A stretch of DNA of 16,705 bases from a virus (lineage: Duplodnaviria > Heunggongvirae > Uroviricota > Caudoviricetes): IMG/VR virus record IMGVR_UViG_3300029713_000003, positions 1,005 through 17,709 of that record. One strand, written 5' to 3'. Below, one piece after another: positions 1 to 7,230 of this stretch. The stretch's first letter is position 1. Each line of letters opens with the position of its first letter. A program made the position numbers and the translations under genes. The notes beneath the pieces are model-generated. The model saw nothing but the letters and a program-made list of their open reading frames with translations. It was not told where the DNA came from and searched no databases.

Positions 1-48
1 AACGATAGCGCCAATCACGCATAACAGAGTAATTTCGTAAGCATTCAT
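1..48 (-). CDS. 5' end of a hydrophobic, probably membrane protein (MNAYEITLLCVIGAIV...), truncated by the window edge
   Basis: ATG at 48-46 preceded by GGAGG SD on the minus strand, just after the stop of 62..1048; frame stays open to base 1. Not in the ORF track. Confidence 0.6.
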   Translation of the reverse strand, partial: MNAYEITLLCVIGAIV

Positions 49-61
49 ATTGCTTCCTCCT

Positions 62-1048
62 TTATCTCACATCCAAAGTCAGCTCGCCGTCGCTGAGCTG
101 ATACTTGTCTTTGTCACCCGGAAGGGTTACGCCCAAGTCTCCATTCGCCAAATCAAAGATAGGAACGTAGTTGGTTCCCATCAGCTCTGCGCGGTCTGCC
201 ACCGTTACCCAGAGACTGTTCTCTTCGTCCTTTTCAAACACAGGCCAGTGCCCCGGCTTCAAATCACCCGCACTATTGGCGTTTGGCTCATATATGAACT
301 GGCATAGCTTTCCATCCAAACGTTTTGGATCAAGCGCCATCATGGAAACGTGAGGCGTAGCCGCCGTCTTGTAACTGGTGTTGATGGCTGCCGGTTCCGT
401 CAGCTTTACCCGATAAATCAGCATATGTAAATAACCCTTCATAACGGATTGCCTTTGGTCTTTGGCCCCGGAATACACAGGCCAGTGAACGGTAACAGAG
501 CCGGTAACAGCCTTCAGGCGGGTGGTGGTCGTCATAACTTCTGCGTCTTGGATAATGCGTTTGTACGCCACGCGCACATCATCGTCCTCGCCAAAGTCGC
601 TTGGGTCGAATGTAAGGATCGTTTGAGAATCCTTCACCTCATAAGAAAAAGCTCCCGGCGCGGGAGCCTGTGCTTGCGTTAGTCTGTAAATGGAAACCGA
701 TTTGTCCTTGACCAGAAACGGGAGAATGATTTGGTTGTTTTGGTTTACTGTATACCGTTTGGATTCCAGAGAGCTGAACTCAGCCTTTTGCGTTACCCTG
801 CTGGCGCTCATGGCAAATAAGTCGCTTGTGATGGCGGCGCTCTCGAACTCCATATTCATTTCCTTCAGCGCGTCGATAAAAGCCACGGGATGTCTGCTGT
901 GTCCGCACCGAATGACGATTGGGTCGTTCTTTGTTTCAAAGTTGAAAGACGTCAGCTCGTTGAAATGAAACACCTTTTGATCGCATCGGTAAAACACGAT
1001 CTCAGGAACGTCCGCAATGTATCCCTTCGCAGCATCCAAGTAAGTCAT
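62..1048 (-). CDS. Phage structural protein, possibly tail-tube-like, with a C-terminal extension
   Basis: 328 aa ORF with GAGGTGAGAGG SD. Beta-rich pattern (YIADVPEIVFYRCD...SYKTAATPHVSMMALDPKRLDG) resembles tail tube proteins of clostridial phages, from recall only. Confidence 0.5.
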   Translation of the reverse strand: MTYLDAAKGYIADVPEIVFYRCDQKVFHFNELTSFNFETKNDPIVIRCGHSRHPVAFIDALKEMNMEFESAAITSDLFAMSASRVTQKAEFSSLESKRYTVNQNNQIILPFLVKDKSVSIYRLTQAQAPAPGAFSYEVKDSQTILTFDPSDFGEDDDVRVAYKRIIQDAEVMTTTTRLKAVTGSVTVHWPVYSGAKDQRQSVMKGYLHMLIYRVKLTEPAAINTSYKTAATPHVSMMALDPKRLDGKLCQFIYEPNANSAGDLKPGHWPVFEKDEENSLWVTVADRAELMGTNYVPIFDLANGDLGVTLPGDKDKYQLSDGELTLDVR

Positions 1049-1082
1049 CCTCTCACCTCACTTTGCCTTATTCATTTTTGCA

Positions 1083-1418
1083 TTAGCCATATCCGGCAAT
1101 CTCGTCTTCCGTATCGTAAGTATCACTCGTTTCCTCGCCAGCAGAGCTGACGATTGTTTTTAGTTTCTGTCGGCAGGCTTTTTCCACAGCCGAGTTCAGC
1201 ATGTAGCCTCCGACAGACGCGACGGTAATGGTCGCCGACCATTGAATGACATGCTCCAGCAGCGACGCTTCGTAGCTGTCCACGTCGTAAAAGAAAACCA
1301 GAAGGAACACCGCTACCGCCACAATCACCCACTGTACCAGACTGGCGGAGGACAGCTTTTTGCTGTGCTGCACATACCATTTGACAAACGCATGGTCGTC
1401 GTTCGTTTTCTTTTCCAT
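1083..1418 (-). CDS. Two-TM membrane protein, holin-like
   Basis: 111 aa; hydrophobic segments LVQWVIVAVAVFLLVFF and VIQWSATITVASVGGYML; acidic tail; lies in the lysis cluster. Confidence 0.65.
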   Translation of the reverse strand: MEKKTNDDHAFVKWYVQHSKKLSSASLVQWVIVAVAVFLLVFFYDVDSYEASLLEHVIQWSATITVASVGGYMLNSAVEKACRQKLKTIVSSAGEETSDTYDTEDEIAGYG

Positions 1419-1432
1419 CCGCTGTCACATCC

Positions 1433-1762
1433 TTAGTGAATGTTTTCAATCCATGTGGGCAGCGCGTCGATCTCTTCCTTCAGATGTTTGATCACGCCGT
1501 TCCCGCCCATGTCAAAATAGCTCTGAAACATGGCGTCCAACACCTCGCGATCCCGTGCTGTAATGTGCTTGTTCCTCAGATGAAAGCGACATGCCTGATT
1601 GATCCTGTCCCGAAGGAGCGATAACAGTCCGTTGTGCATCCCTTTGTTTTCTTTCTTGAACTTCGTAAACCGCCGCCAAAGCACTGCGACCATGCTGGCA
1701 AGGATTCCGCACGCCCAGCCGATCCAGTACTTCAGTATATGTTCCATGGCGACGTCCAGCAT
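1433..1762 (-). CDS. Putative holin / lysis-module membrane protein (single N-terminal TM, C-terminal GGNG motif)
   Basis: 109 aa; TM YWIGWACGILASMVAVLW; LLRDRI...Y..MGGNG pattern is common in Firmicutes phage lysis cassettes; TGATG stop/start overlap with the endolysin at 1760-1764. Confidence 0.7.
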   Translation of the reverse strand: MLDVAMEHILKYWIGWACGILASMVAVLWRRFTKFKKENKGMHNGLLSLLRDRINQACRFHLRNKHITARDREVLDAMFQSYFDMGGNGVIKHLKEEIDALPTWIENIH

Positions 1763-3132
1763 CAGTCATCACCGCCTGTCACTGTCAGGGTTACGCCAAG
1801 CTCCTTCGCGTAGGCGATGATCTTGTCCTTCGCCTCTGCCGAGCTTGTTTTGCCGGATAGAAGGTAGATACCGCCGGACAGGGAAATATACTGGGCTGAA
1901 ACATATCCGCTTCTTCCGGCATAGGTCGCCGCATACCAATCGCCGTTCTTCCCGGTAATAGTAAGGGCGGTTCCGTTCGGAATCTTCGCCAGAATAGCGC
2001 CGCTTCTGCCGGGCTCTGAACGCATATTCAAATGCCCTCCGGCGGTTACAACCGTTCCTGTTGCCGGATACTCTCCGCCTTCGCTCAGGTCATACTCTGT
2101 GTACTTCATCCGAGCGGCATAGCCCCAGCTTGAAATACAGCTGGTTACAACGCCGGTCTTTACGCTCTGTGCCTCAATCACCTTGCCATCGCCGATATAG
2201 CACCCGGTGTGGTAGAAGTTTCCAAGGCCGTCCCCTTTGTACTGGTCAGGTTCCTTACCGTCCTGACGCATCTTGAATACCGCCATTCCAGGCACAAGAT
2301 CAATGTCGCCGATCTTGCCCTTGGCGGTCGTGTACTTGCGCCACATGGTATTGCTGCCGTGGTACATAAAGCTGCCGGCTTTGCCGTACCAATAGGTAAA
2401 CGCGCCGGAGCAGTCAACAGCGCCTTCGCTCGCGCCGCCTGCCACATACTTCCATGGTTTCTTCGGGGAACACCACGGCAGCGCCATGAGCTTAAATTTC
2501 GCCACCAGATAACTGGCTTTCACTGTCGCATATGCCATGCGATCAACCCCTTTTTGTAGTGTCGTGTTTGGGTAATAAAAAGAAAGAATCTCAGTGTAGC
2601 TCTTGCCAATAGTCGCCGCATACTTTGCACCGGCTTGGCTCATCCCTACGCCGTGTCCTGTTTTCCTGCCGTGCGTCACAGCATAATCCCATTCGTCCTT
2701 CTGCGCAATCAGCCATGCTCTTGCACCGCCCCAGCGTTCCTGACTGGAAGTCGTTCTTCCGCCGTTGCTGGAGGAGAAGGAGCAGGGAACGATCACCTTG
2801 CCGTCATACTTCAACACTTCGTCTGCGGTTTCGCTGACCGCCTGAAAGGCATTCGGGTATTTGGTCGAGTGCGCCCGCTCCGCATTGAAACACTGTGCGC
2901 TTCTGGAAGAGTCAGAGATGACTTTCCCGGCAGAGTAATAGGGATATGAAGTCGTTCGGGAGGCCACCGCCTGTGCTTTGCATGCTTCCAGAGAAGCGTT
3001 GCCAATTTCAGCGGCAACCACGCCGCGCAAATATTCCTCCAGCTCAAGCTCTACAACAGAGCCAACCGCCACGGAATAGAAAGCAGCATTTCGTTCGTCT
3101 GTAAGTTTTACTTTGATCGTCAACTCAGCCAC
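1762..3132 (-). CDS. Multidomain endolysin: SpoIID/LytB-like domain + NlpC/P60 peptidase + SH3b
   Basis: SpoIID motifs LEEYLRGVVAAE, KAQAVASRT, GHGVGMSQ.GA, Y.EIL.FYYP; NlpC/P60 motifs DCSG and YHTGCYIG...IEA; SH3b LNMRSEP...WY...GYVSAQYI. The true start may be TTG at 3123, which has GAGGTG 6 nt upstream. Confidence 0.88.
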   Translation of the reverse strand: MAELTIKVKLTDERNAAFYSVAVGSVVELELEEYLRGVVAAEIGNASLEACKAQAVASRTTSYPYYSAGKVISDSSRSAQCFNAERAHSTKYPNAFQAVSETADEVLKYDGKVIVPCSFSSSNGGRTTSSQERWGGARAWLIAQKDEWDYAVTHGRKTGHGVGMSQAGAKYAATIGKSYTEILSFYYPNTTLQKGVDRMAYATVKASYLVAKFKLMALPWCSPKKPWKYVAGGASEGAVDCSGAFTYWYGKAGSFMYHGSNTMWRKYTTAKGKIGDIDLVPGMAVFKMRQDGKEPDQYKGDGLGNFYHTGCYIGDGKVIEAQSVKTGVVTSCISSWGYAARMKYTEYDLSEGGEYPATGTVVTAGGHLNMRSEPGRSGAILAKIPNGTALTITGKNGDWYAATYAGRSGYVSAQYISLSGGIYLLSGKTSSAEAKDKIIAYAKELGVTLTVTGGDD

Positions 3133-3187
3133 CTCGTCTGTTAAAACTGTAAAAAAGATATTCTTCTCTTTCTTTCCTGAAAAAGAA

Positions 3188-3218
3188 TGTTATACTGATG
3201 ATGAAAAAAATTAGGAGG
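3188..3218 (+). promoter_or_regulatory. Candidate extended -10 promoter (TGtTATACT) and SD AGGAGG for the plus-strand gene
   Basis: TG 3188-3189, TATACT 3191-3196, AGGAGG 3213-3218, ATG at 3225; no clear -35. Confidence 0.55.
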
Positions 3219-3224
3219 ATGGTT

Positions 3225-3932
3225 ATGAAAAAGATTTTATTCATCCTTATTTGCTTCATAATACTTGGTCAGTCCGCAACTTCTTTTTCAGAAGAAGGTC
3301 GTATTTATTTGCCGAACGCATATAAAGAAGACTGGGTTATAGATCAAGAAACGAATTGGATTAACCCAAATCTTTATTTTGCTACAATCTCAAATGTCTC
3401 ATCAAAAGAATTGCGTTTGATTGCAGGCATACGACAATCTAATAACGAGCTTCTTATTGTTGCAGAAACGAAATCATTCTATATTTCAGAAGACACTCCT
3501 GTTATTGCAGCGCCGGAAGAACAATGGTTAGTTGATGATAGTTCAACTGGCTATGTTTGGTTGACGATTGAAAAAGAAAATGATTATTATTTCTGTGTTT
3601 GCTTTGAAACCGTAGGCGCTCTGAAGTGGCAAATGAACGCCATGTGGTATGAGAATTATCAAATTCAGAATGATACCAGAGATGGTAATTTGTATTATTA
3701 TATGCAATACAACACGGGAACCAATGGAAAAGCCGAAACTTCGCCATTGGTCAATCCGGTTGTATGCTGGGAGTTAGACGAATCCAAAATGCTTTTGGAT
3801 GAATTTGATTTTCTGGAACTGCATAAAACAAATTTGGAAGCGCTGAGCTATTTGACAGCATTTAGAAAAAACGATTGTGCGATCCTGAAAAAATTGAATG
3901 ACAAGTATACTATTTTCTTCAATAAATATTGA
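3225..3932 (+). CDS. Secreted hypothetical protein (moron-like; candidate immunity protein 1)
   Basis: Starts MKKILFILICFIILGQSATSFSEE (Sec-type signal peptide) 6 nt after AGGAGG; the ORF track start at 3198 is probably too early. Low GC (sampled lines 30-38%), acidic and aromatic, antisense to the phage genes. Confidence 0.8.
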   Translation: MKKILFILICFIILGQSATSFSEEGRIYLPNAYKEDWVIDQETNWINPNLYFATISNVSSKELRLIAGIRQSNNELLIVAETKSFYISEDTPVIAAPEEQWLVDDSSTGYVWLTIEKENDYYFCVCFETVGALKWQMNAMWYENYQIQNDTRDGNLYYYMQYNTGTNGKAETSPLVNPVVCWELDESKMLLDEFDFLELHKTNLEALSYLTAFRKNDCAILKKLNDKYTIFFNKY

Positions 3933-3976
3933 CAATTGGAGATAAATTTACAACCCTTTATAGTTGATTTGCAGAC

Positions 3977-5149
3977 TTATCCGTTGCCGAAAGGACGCAC
4001 AACAATACTTACAGTTCTATTGTGCTTATCTACTTTGCCGGTTGTACAATTTCCAGTACATTTTTCTATCTTTGCAGCACTTCCAACATTACCCTCAATG
4101 CTATAAAAGGTGTTATTGTCGCCTTTCTTTAATCCAATAACAAATCCAACATGAGCAGCTGTCATTTGATCTGTCCCGTAATTTTCAACATCGTAATATA
4201 CAAGATCGCCCTGTTGAATACCTGCGCGAGTGGTGCCGTCCAATAACGACCCTGCATCACCATTATCTATATAGTATTTCAACGCTGGCCCGCATTTTTC
4301 ACCCTCCAGATAGAACATGGAAGCATAATATTCAGAATAGCCACTAGCTCCAACTAACCAGTGAATAAAATTTTCACAATAATCCCCGCCAAGACCTAGG
4401 GTTGTTCCTTTTACGCCTTGAAGAGATTCGGCAATTACGCACATACGATAGTTATCACCATACATATCTACATCGCTACTATGGCAATCCGCTTTAGAAA
4501 TATAGGCATTGATCGATTCACCATGTTTATTTCCGTAACAAATAACAACCATATTTTCTTCGATACCCTTATAAACAAATAAGCATCCTGCTTTTATGGT
4601 ACCATAATTATTATTGTCCTTTGGATTGGGAGTCTTAAAAATTCTTGCGCCTTCGTTTGTCTCAATATAATTTAGCACTGAAAATTCTCCGGTTCTATCA
4701 GCAATTTCATCAAGCAATTCAATACTATAAAGTTTAACATAACCTCCGGCGGAGCCCGCAACAAAGTAAATAGTCGCCTCTTCAGACAGCGCTGAAGAAT
4801 CTGGAACCGTAAATTCATAAATAATACGATCTGACCAGCCACCGGTAAACTTTGACTTTAAGGAAGGACTGTAAATCATTTGACCACATACGCTGATTTG
4901 TATCCAGAAATCAACATTTGAAGTCCTTGTTCCTTCAAAACACAAACTGTATTTCTTATTTGGAGTAAGACTTAGCGATTGTGAGATATAACATTCTCCC
5001 GGATCTCCAGTGCTTCGAACGGTAAGTGTAACATAATTTAAGTATTCACTTTTGTAAAATTTGATTGTGTTTTCAGAATAACTGGAAGCAGAATTCCAGT
5101 TTGTCGATCCTGCCTTGAAATCTCCATTACGAATTAAATCCTGAATCAT
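3977..5149 (-). CDS. Peptidoglycan hydrolase: CBM4/9-like N-terminal domain + SH3-like region + CHAP domain
   Basis: N-terminal LIRNGDF...W (galactose-binding-like CBM start); CHAP motifs YCENFIHW, GDLVYY, HVGFV, SIEGN; no signal peptide; SD AAGGAG overlaps the xkdX stop. Confidence 0.75.
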   Translation of the reverse strand: MIQDLIRNGDFKAGSTNWNSASSYSENTIKFYKSEYLNYVTLTVRSTGDPGECYISQSLSLTPNKKYSLCFEGTRTSNVDFWIQISVCGQMIYSPSLKSKFTGGWSDRIIYEFTVPDSSALSEEATIYFVAGSAGGYVKLYSIELLDEIADRTGEFSVLNYIETNEGARIFKTPNPKDNNNYGTIKAGCLFVYKGIEENMVVICYGNKHGESINAYISKADCHSSDVDMYGDNYRMCVIAESLQGVKGTTLGLGGDYCENFIHWLVGASGYSEYYASMFYLEGEKCGPALKYYIDNGDAGSLLDGTTRAGIQQGDLVYYDVENYGTDQMTAAHVGFVIGLKKGDNNTFYSIEGNVGSAAKIEKCTGNCTTGKVDKHNRTVSIVVRPFGNG

Positions 5150-5161
5150 AATATCCGCTCC

Positions 5162-5305
5162 TTATTGCTCGTACTTTTCTCCCGTAATCTTTTCATACTC
5201 ATCCGCCGTGATCCACTTGCCCACGGCAGCGCTCACACGCTCTTTGTCCCAAAGCCCTTTGTCGTAATACCGCTTTACCTTGAGATAGTTTTTGCTCATT
5301 GCCAT
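5162..5305 (-). CDS. xkdX: XkdX-family small phage protein (47 aa)
   Basis: Hand translation MAMSKNYLKVKRYYDKGLWDKERVSAAVGKWITADEYEKITGEKYEQ matches the XkdX pattern (K.YY..GLW...V..AV....IT..EY..ITG..Y); TAATG overlap with the upstream gene. Missing from the ORF track. Confidence 0.88.
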   Translation of the reverse strand: MAMSKNYLKVKRYYDKGLWDKERVSAAVGKWITADEYEKITGEKYEQ

Positions 5306-5634
5306 TACAGCTCCACCCCAACTTCCATCGCAATATAGTCAATGTCTGCGCGGTGCCTTTCAAGGCTGTCCGGTTCCTCCACATGGGGCGTGTAGTCCAG
5401 ATAGTTCTCCGGGTTCGCCGTCACGTCGTTCAGGTCAAGGATTCCTTCATCCTCGATAATCTCCGCATAGTCGTACTCATACACCGTCTGCGTCACAGGC
5501 TTGCCGTCTGTTACCATGCTGTCGGTATAGGTCTCCTTTTTGACTTCCTCGTTCAAGCACAAAAAGATGTACACCTTGCCGTCCATGGAGATAATCTTAA
5601 CGGTGTCCTGCCGGGTAAAGAATCTTGCTTTCAT
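5305..5634 (-). CDS. Acidic XkdW-like protein, probable tail-fibre assembly chaperone
   Basis: 109 aa; strong SD AAGGAGGTGA (5641-5650) inside the RT 3' end; C-terminal ADIDYIAM..GV motif typical of genes preceding xkdX. Confidence 0.7.
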   Translation of the reverse strand: MKARFFTRQDTVKIISMDGKVYIFLCLNEEVKKETYTDSMVTDGKPVTQTVYEYDYAEIIEDEGILDLNDVTANPENYLDYTPHVEEPDSLERHRADIDYIAMEVGVEL

Positions 5635-6793
5635 GGGAAATCACCTCCTTGCATACTCGCAATGTCTTTGTTACTTTGTATTTCTTCCATAGCCGAAAAT
5701 GCTCTGTCCATAGCAGGCATCCGACATGGGAGATCACTCGTTTGGCCAGCGAGCTTGGAACGCGCTTGTGCATTCGGATCAGCCGCTGTACCTTTGCCAA
5801 CCCTCGCCGCGCTCTGATGTAAACACGGCGGCGGAGCGATCTGCGATGTCTATAAAACCGAACGCCGATAATATCCACAAAGGTTTTCCCTTCGCCTCGG
5901 ACAGAAGGATCGTTCAGCTCGTACATCCGCCAGCTTGATTTGATGGTAATGCCAAGCTCTGCCGATTTCTGAAGCAGAGCCTTTACCGCAAGTTTCGCAT
6001 CTCGTTTGGATGTACATAATAAAAGAATATCATCCATCTGGAACAGAGCATGGCACACCGCCATATGCTTCTTGGCTTCGCCTCTGCGCTTCTGCACCAC
6101 GGCAACCTGCTCAGTTAGCTGGTGGTAGAGAACGGACAGGTAAATATTCACCAAGTCCTGCGATAGCTTACACCCGATGTTCAGACCATGACGGTGCGTG
6201 CCGATCAGTGTCTCAATCAGCCAGAGCACGCGGGGTGAACCCTTGACAACGTGACGGAGAAAGCCCATCAGCTTCTTCCTGTCAATGCTTTCATAGCATT
6301 TCTTCACGTCCGCCTGAACTGCCCAGCGCACCCGCTTGTCTCTCATCCAGCGGCGAAGCGCACGGTTTCCCATCGCGCCGCCTTTTCCTTTCAGGCAGGC
6401 GATCTGGTATGTTCCAATCCGCTTCTTCAGCGGCTGCAGCGCATAGTCGGCGACCTCGTCATATAGCTGCTGCTCGATGCTCTCAACGCCAATCGTCCGC
6501 ATTTTGTGGCTGGATGGGTCTGCCTTCTCATGGTAAACAATGGGAGGCAAACTCAGGTCTTGGTGCAAGACGCTCTGATGCATTCGGTCGATGATGCGTT
6601 CCACGCCGTCGTAAAGCAGGTGGGTTTGATGGTCTGCCACCAGCTGCTTTACCTCATGGACGCTTCGCCCGGTTTCCCTTGCCAGCAGCCTGACGGTATC
6701 GCCGCGCTTCCATCGGTCGCAGATGCACTGATAAACAGGGATGCTGACGTCTTTTCTGCGTTCCAAATTATTATATAGATGTATTCTGTGCAT
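5597..6793 (-). CDS. DGR reverse transcriptase
   Basis: 398 aa, basic; RT motifs KMRTIG, ACLKGKG, ADVKKCYESID, GLNIGCKLSQDLVNIYL (DGR-type SQ), FQMDDILL, VDIIGVRF; no maturase/HNH domain; adjacent TR/VR pair. Confidence 0.93.
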   Translation of the reverse strand: MHRIHLYNNLERRKDVSIPVYQCICDRWKRGDTVRLLARETGRSVHEVKQLVADHQTHLLYDGVERIIDRMHQSVLHQDLSLPPIVYHEKADPSSHKMRTIGVESIEQQLYDEVADYALQPLKKRIGTYQIACLKGKGGAMGNRALRRWMRDKRVRWAVQADVKKCYESIDRKKLMGFLRHVVKGSPRVLWLIETLIGTHRHGLNIGCKLSQDLVNIYLSVLYHQLTEQVAVVQKRRGEAKKHMAVCHALFQMDDILLLCTSKRDAKLAVKALLQKSAELGITIKSSWRMYELNDPSVRGEGKTFVDIIGVRFYRHRRSLRRRVYIRARRGLAKVQRLIRMHKRVPSSLAKRVISHVGCLLWTEHFRLWKKYKVTKTLRVCKEVISHESKILYPAGHR

Positions 6794-7125
6794 TCGATTT
6801 TCTCTGTCCGGGATTTCGGTTTTCCTATTCTCCCGCGTGTGGGTTGGCTCTCGCTCCGCACACGTTACTCCTTTATAGTTGTAAGCGCCTTAAATAAGAG
6901 AAATTCGCCATTCAGGCAGGTCGGTGTGTCGCACCGAGTGCGATGCCGTCGCACGAAATATGGGGCTAAATGTCGCCGATTGCGCCATTGTTGTTTCTCT
7001 TAAACGGGGATTGCTCCCCGCCAGTTTTATCTCCCGCGCCGTAGTTCCAATTCGTCCTGCCGAGCCTGTTCCTGCAATTCAAGTAAGAAGAGCCAGCATT
7101 CGACCCATTCCTGAGATTACCGCGC
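6794..7125 (-). ncRNA. Predicted DGR template RNA (TR plus structured 3' spacer); ends approximate
   Basis: Apparently non-coding interval between TR and RT with hairpins at 7005-7020 (CGGGGA-GCAA-TCCCCG), 6938-6954 and 6921-6937; analogy with the Bordetella BPP-1 DGR RNA. Confidence 0.55.
7029..7125 (-). repeat. DGR template repeat (TR)
   Basis: In the VR frame it reads RGNLRNGSNAGSSYLNCRNRLGRTNWNYGAGD, with 23 adenines and 7 AAY codons; aligns to VR at a constant offset of 205. Confidence 0.96.
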
Positions 7126-7169
7126 ACCCCATAAGTCCCTTAAGAGGGGAAAATATTGATATAAAATTT

Positions 7170-7220
7170 CTTCCAGGGGTGATCCCCTCTTGGGGCTTCG
7201 CCCCAATTCACCCCCAGAAG
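7170..7220 (-). promoter_or_regulatory. Hairpin/cruciform cluster 3' of VR (candidate DGR target-recognition element)
   Basis: TTGGGGC-GAA-GCCCCAA (7190-7206), AGGGG-ATCA-CCCCT (7175-7188), and an outer imperfect inverted repeat 7170-7182 / 7208-7220 (11/13 pairs). Confidence 0.7.
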
Positions 7221-7230
7221 ACGTGGAAAA

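Noticed and set aside
1745..1762. Dual-start holin/antiholin motif (Met1/Met6)
   Set aside because: No basic residue between the two Met codons (MLDVAM), unlike lambda S105/S107.
5199..5384. 61 aa ORF from the track
   Set aside because: Wrong frame; the XkdX-like ORF 5162..5305 explains the region.
5597..6793. RT as a group II intron, retron or Abi RT
   Set aside because: It has the SQ motif, lacks maturase/HNH domains and sits next to an adenine-specific TR/VR pair, which identifies it as DGR-type.
6649..6861. 70 aa minus-strand ORF with an AAAGGAG upstream, as a frameshifted RT N-terminus
   Set aside because: The RT frame already gives a plausible N-terminus from 6793 and no slippery site was seen. 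A leader-peptide role cannot be excluded.
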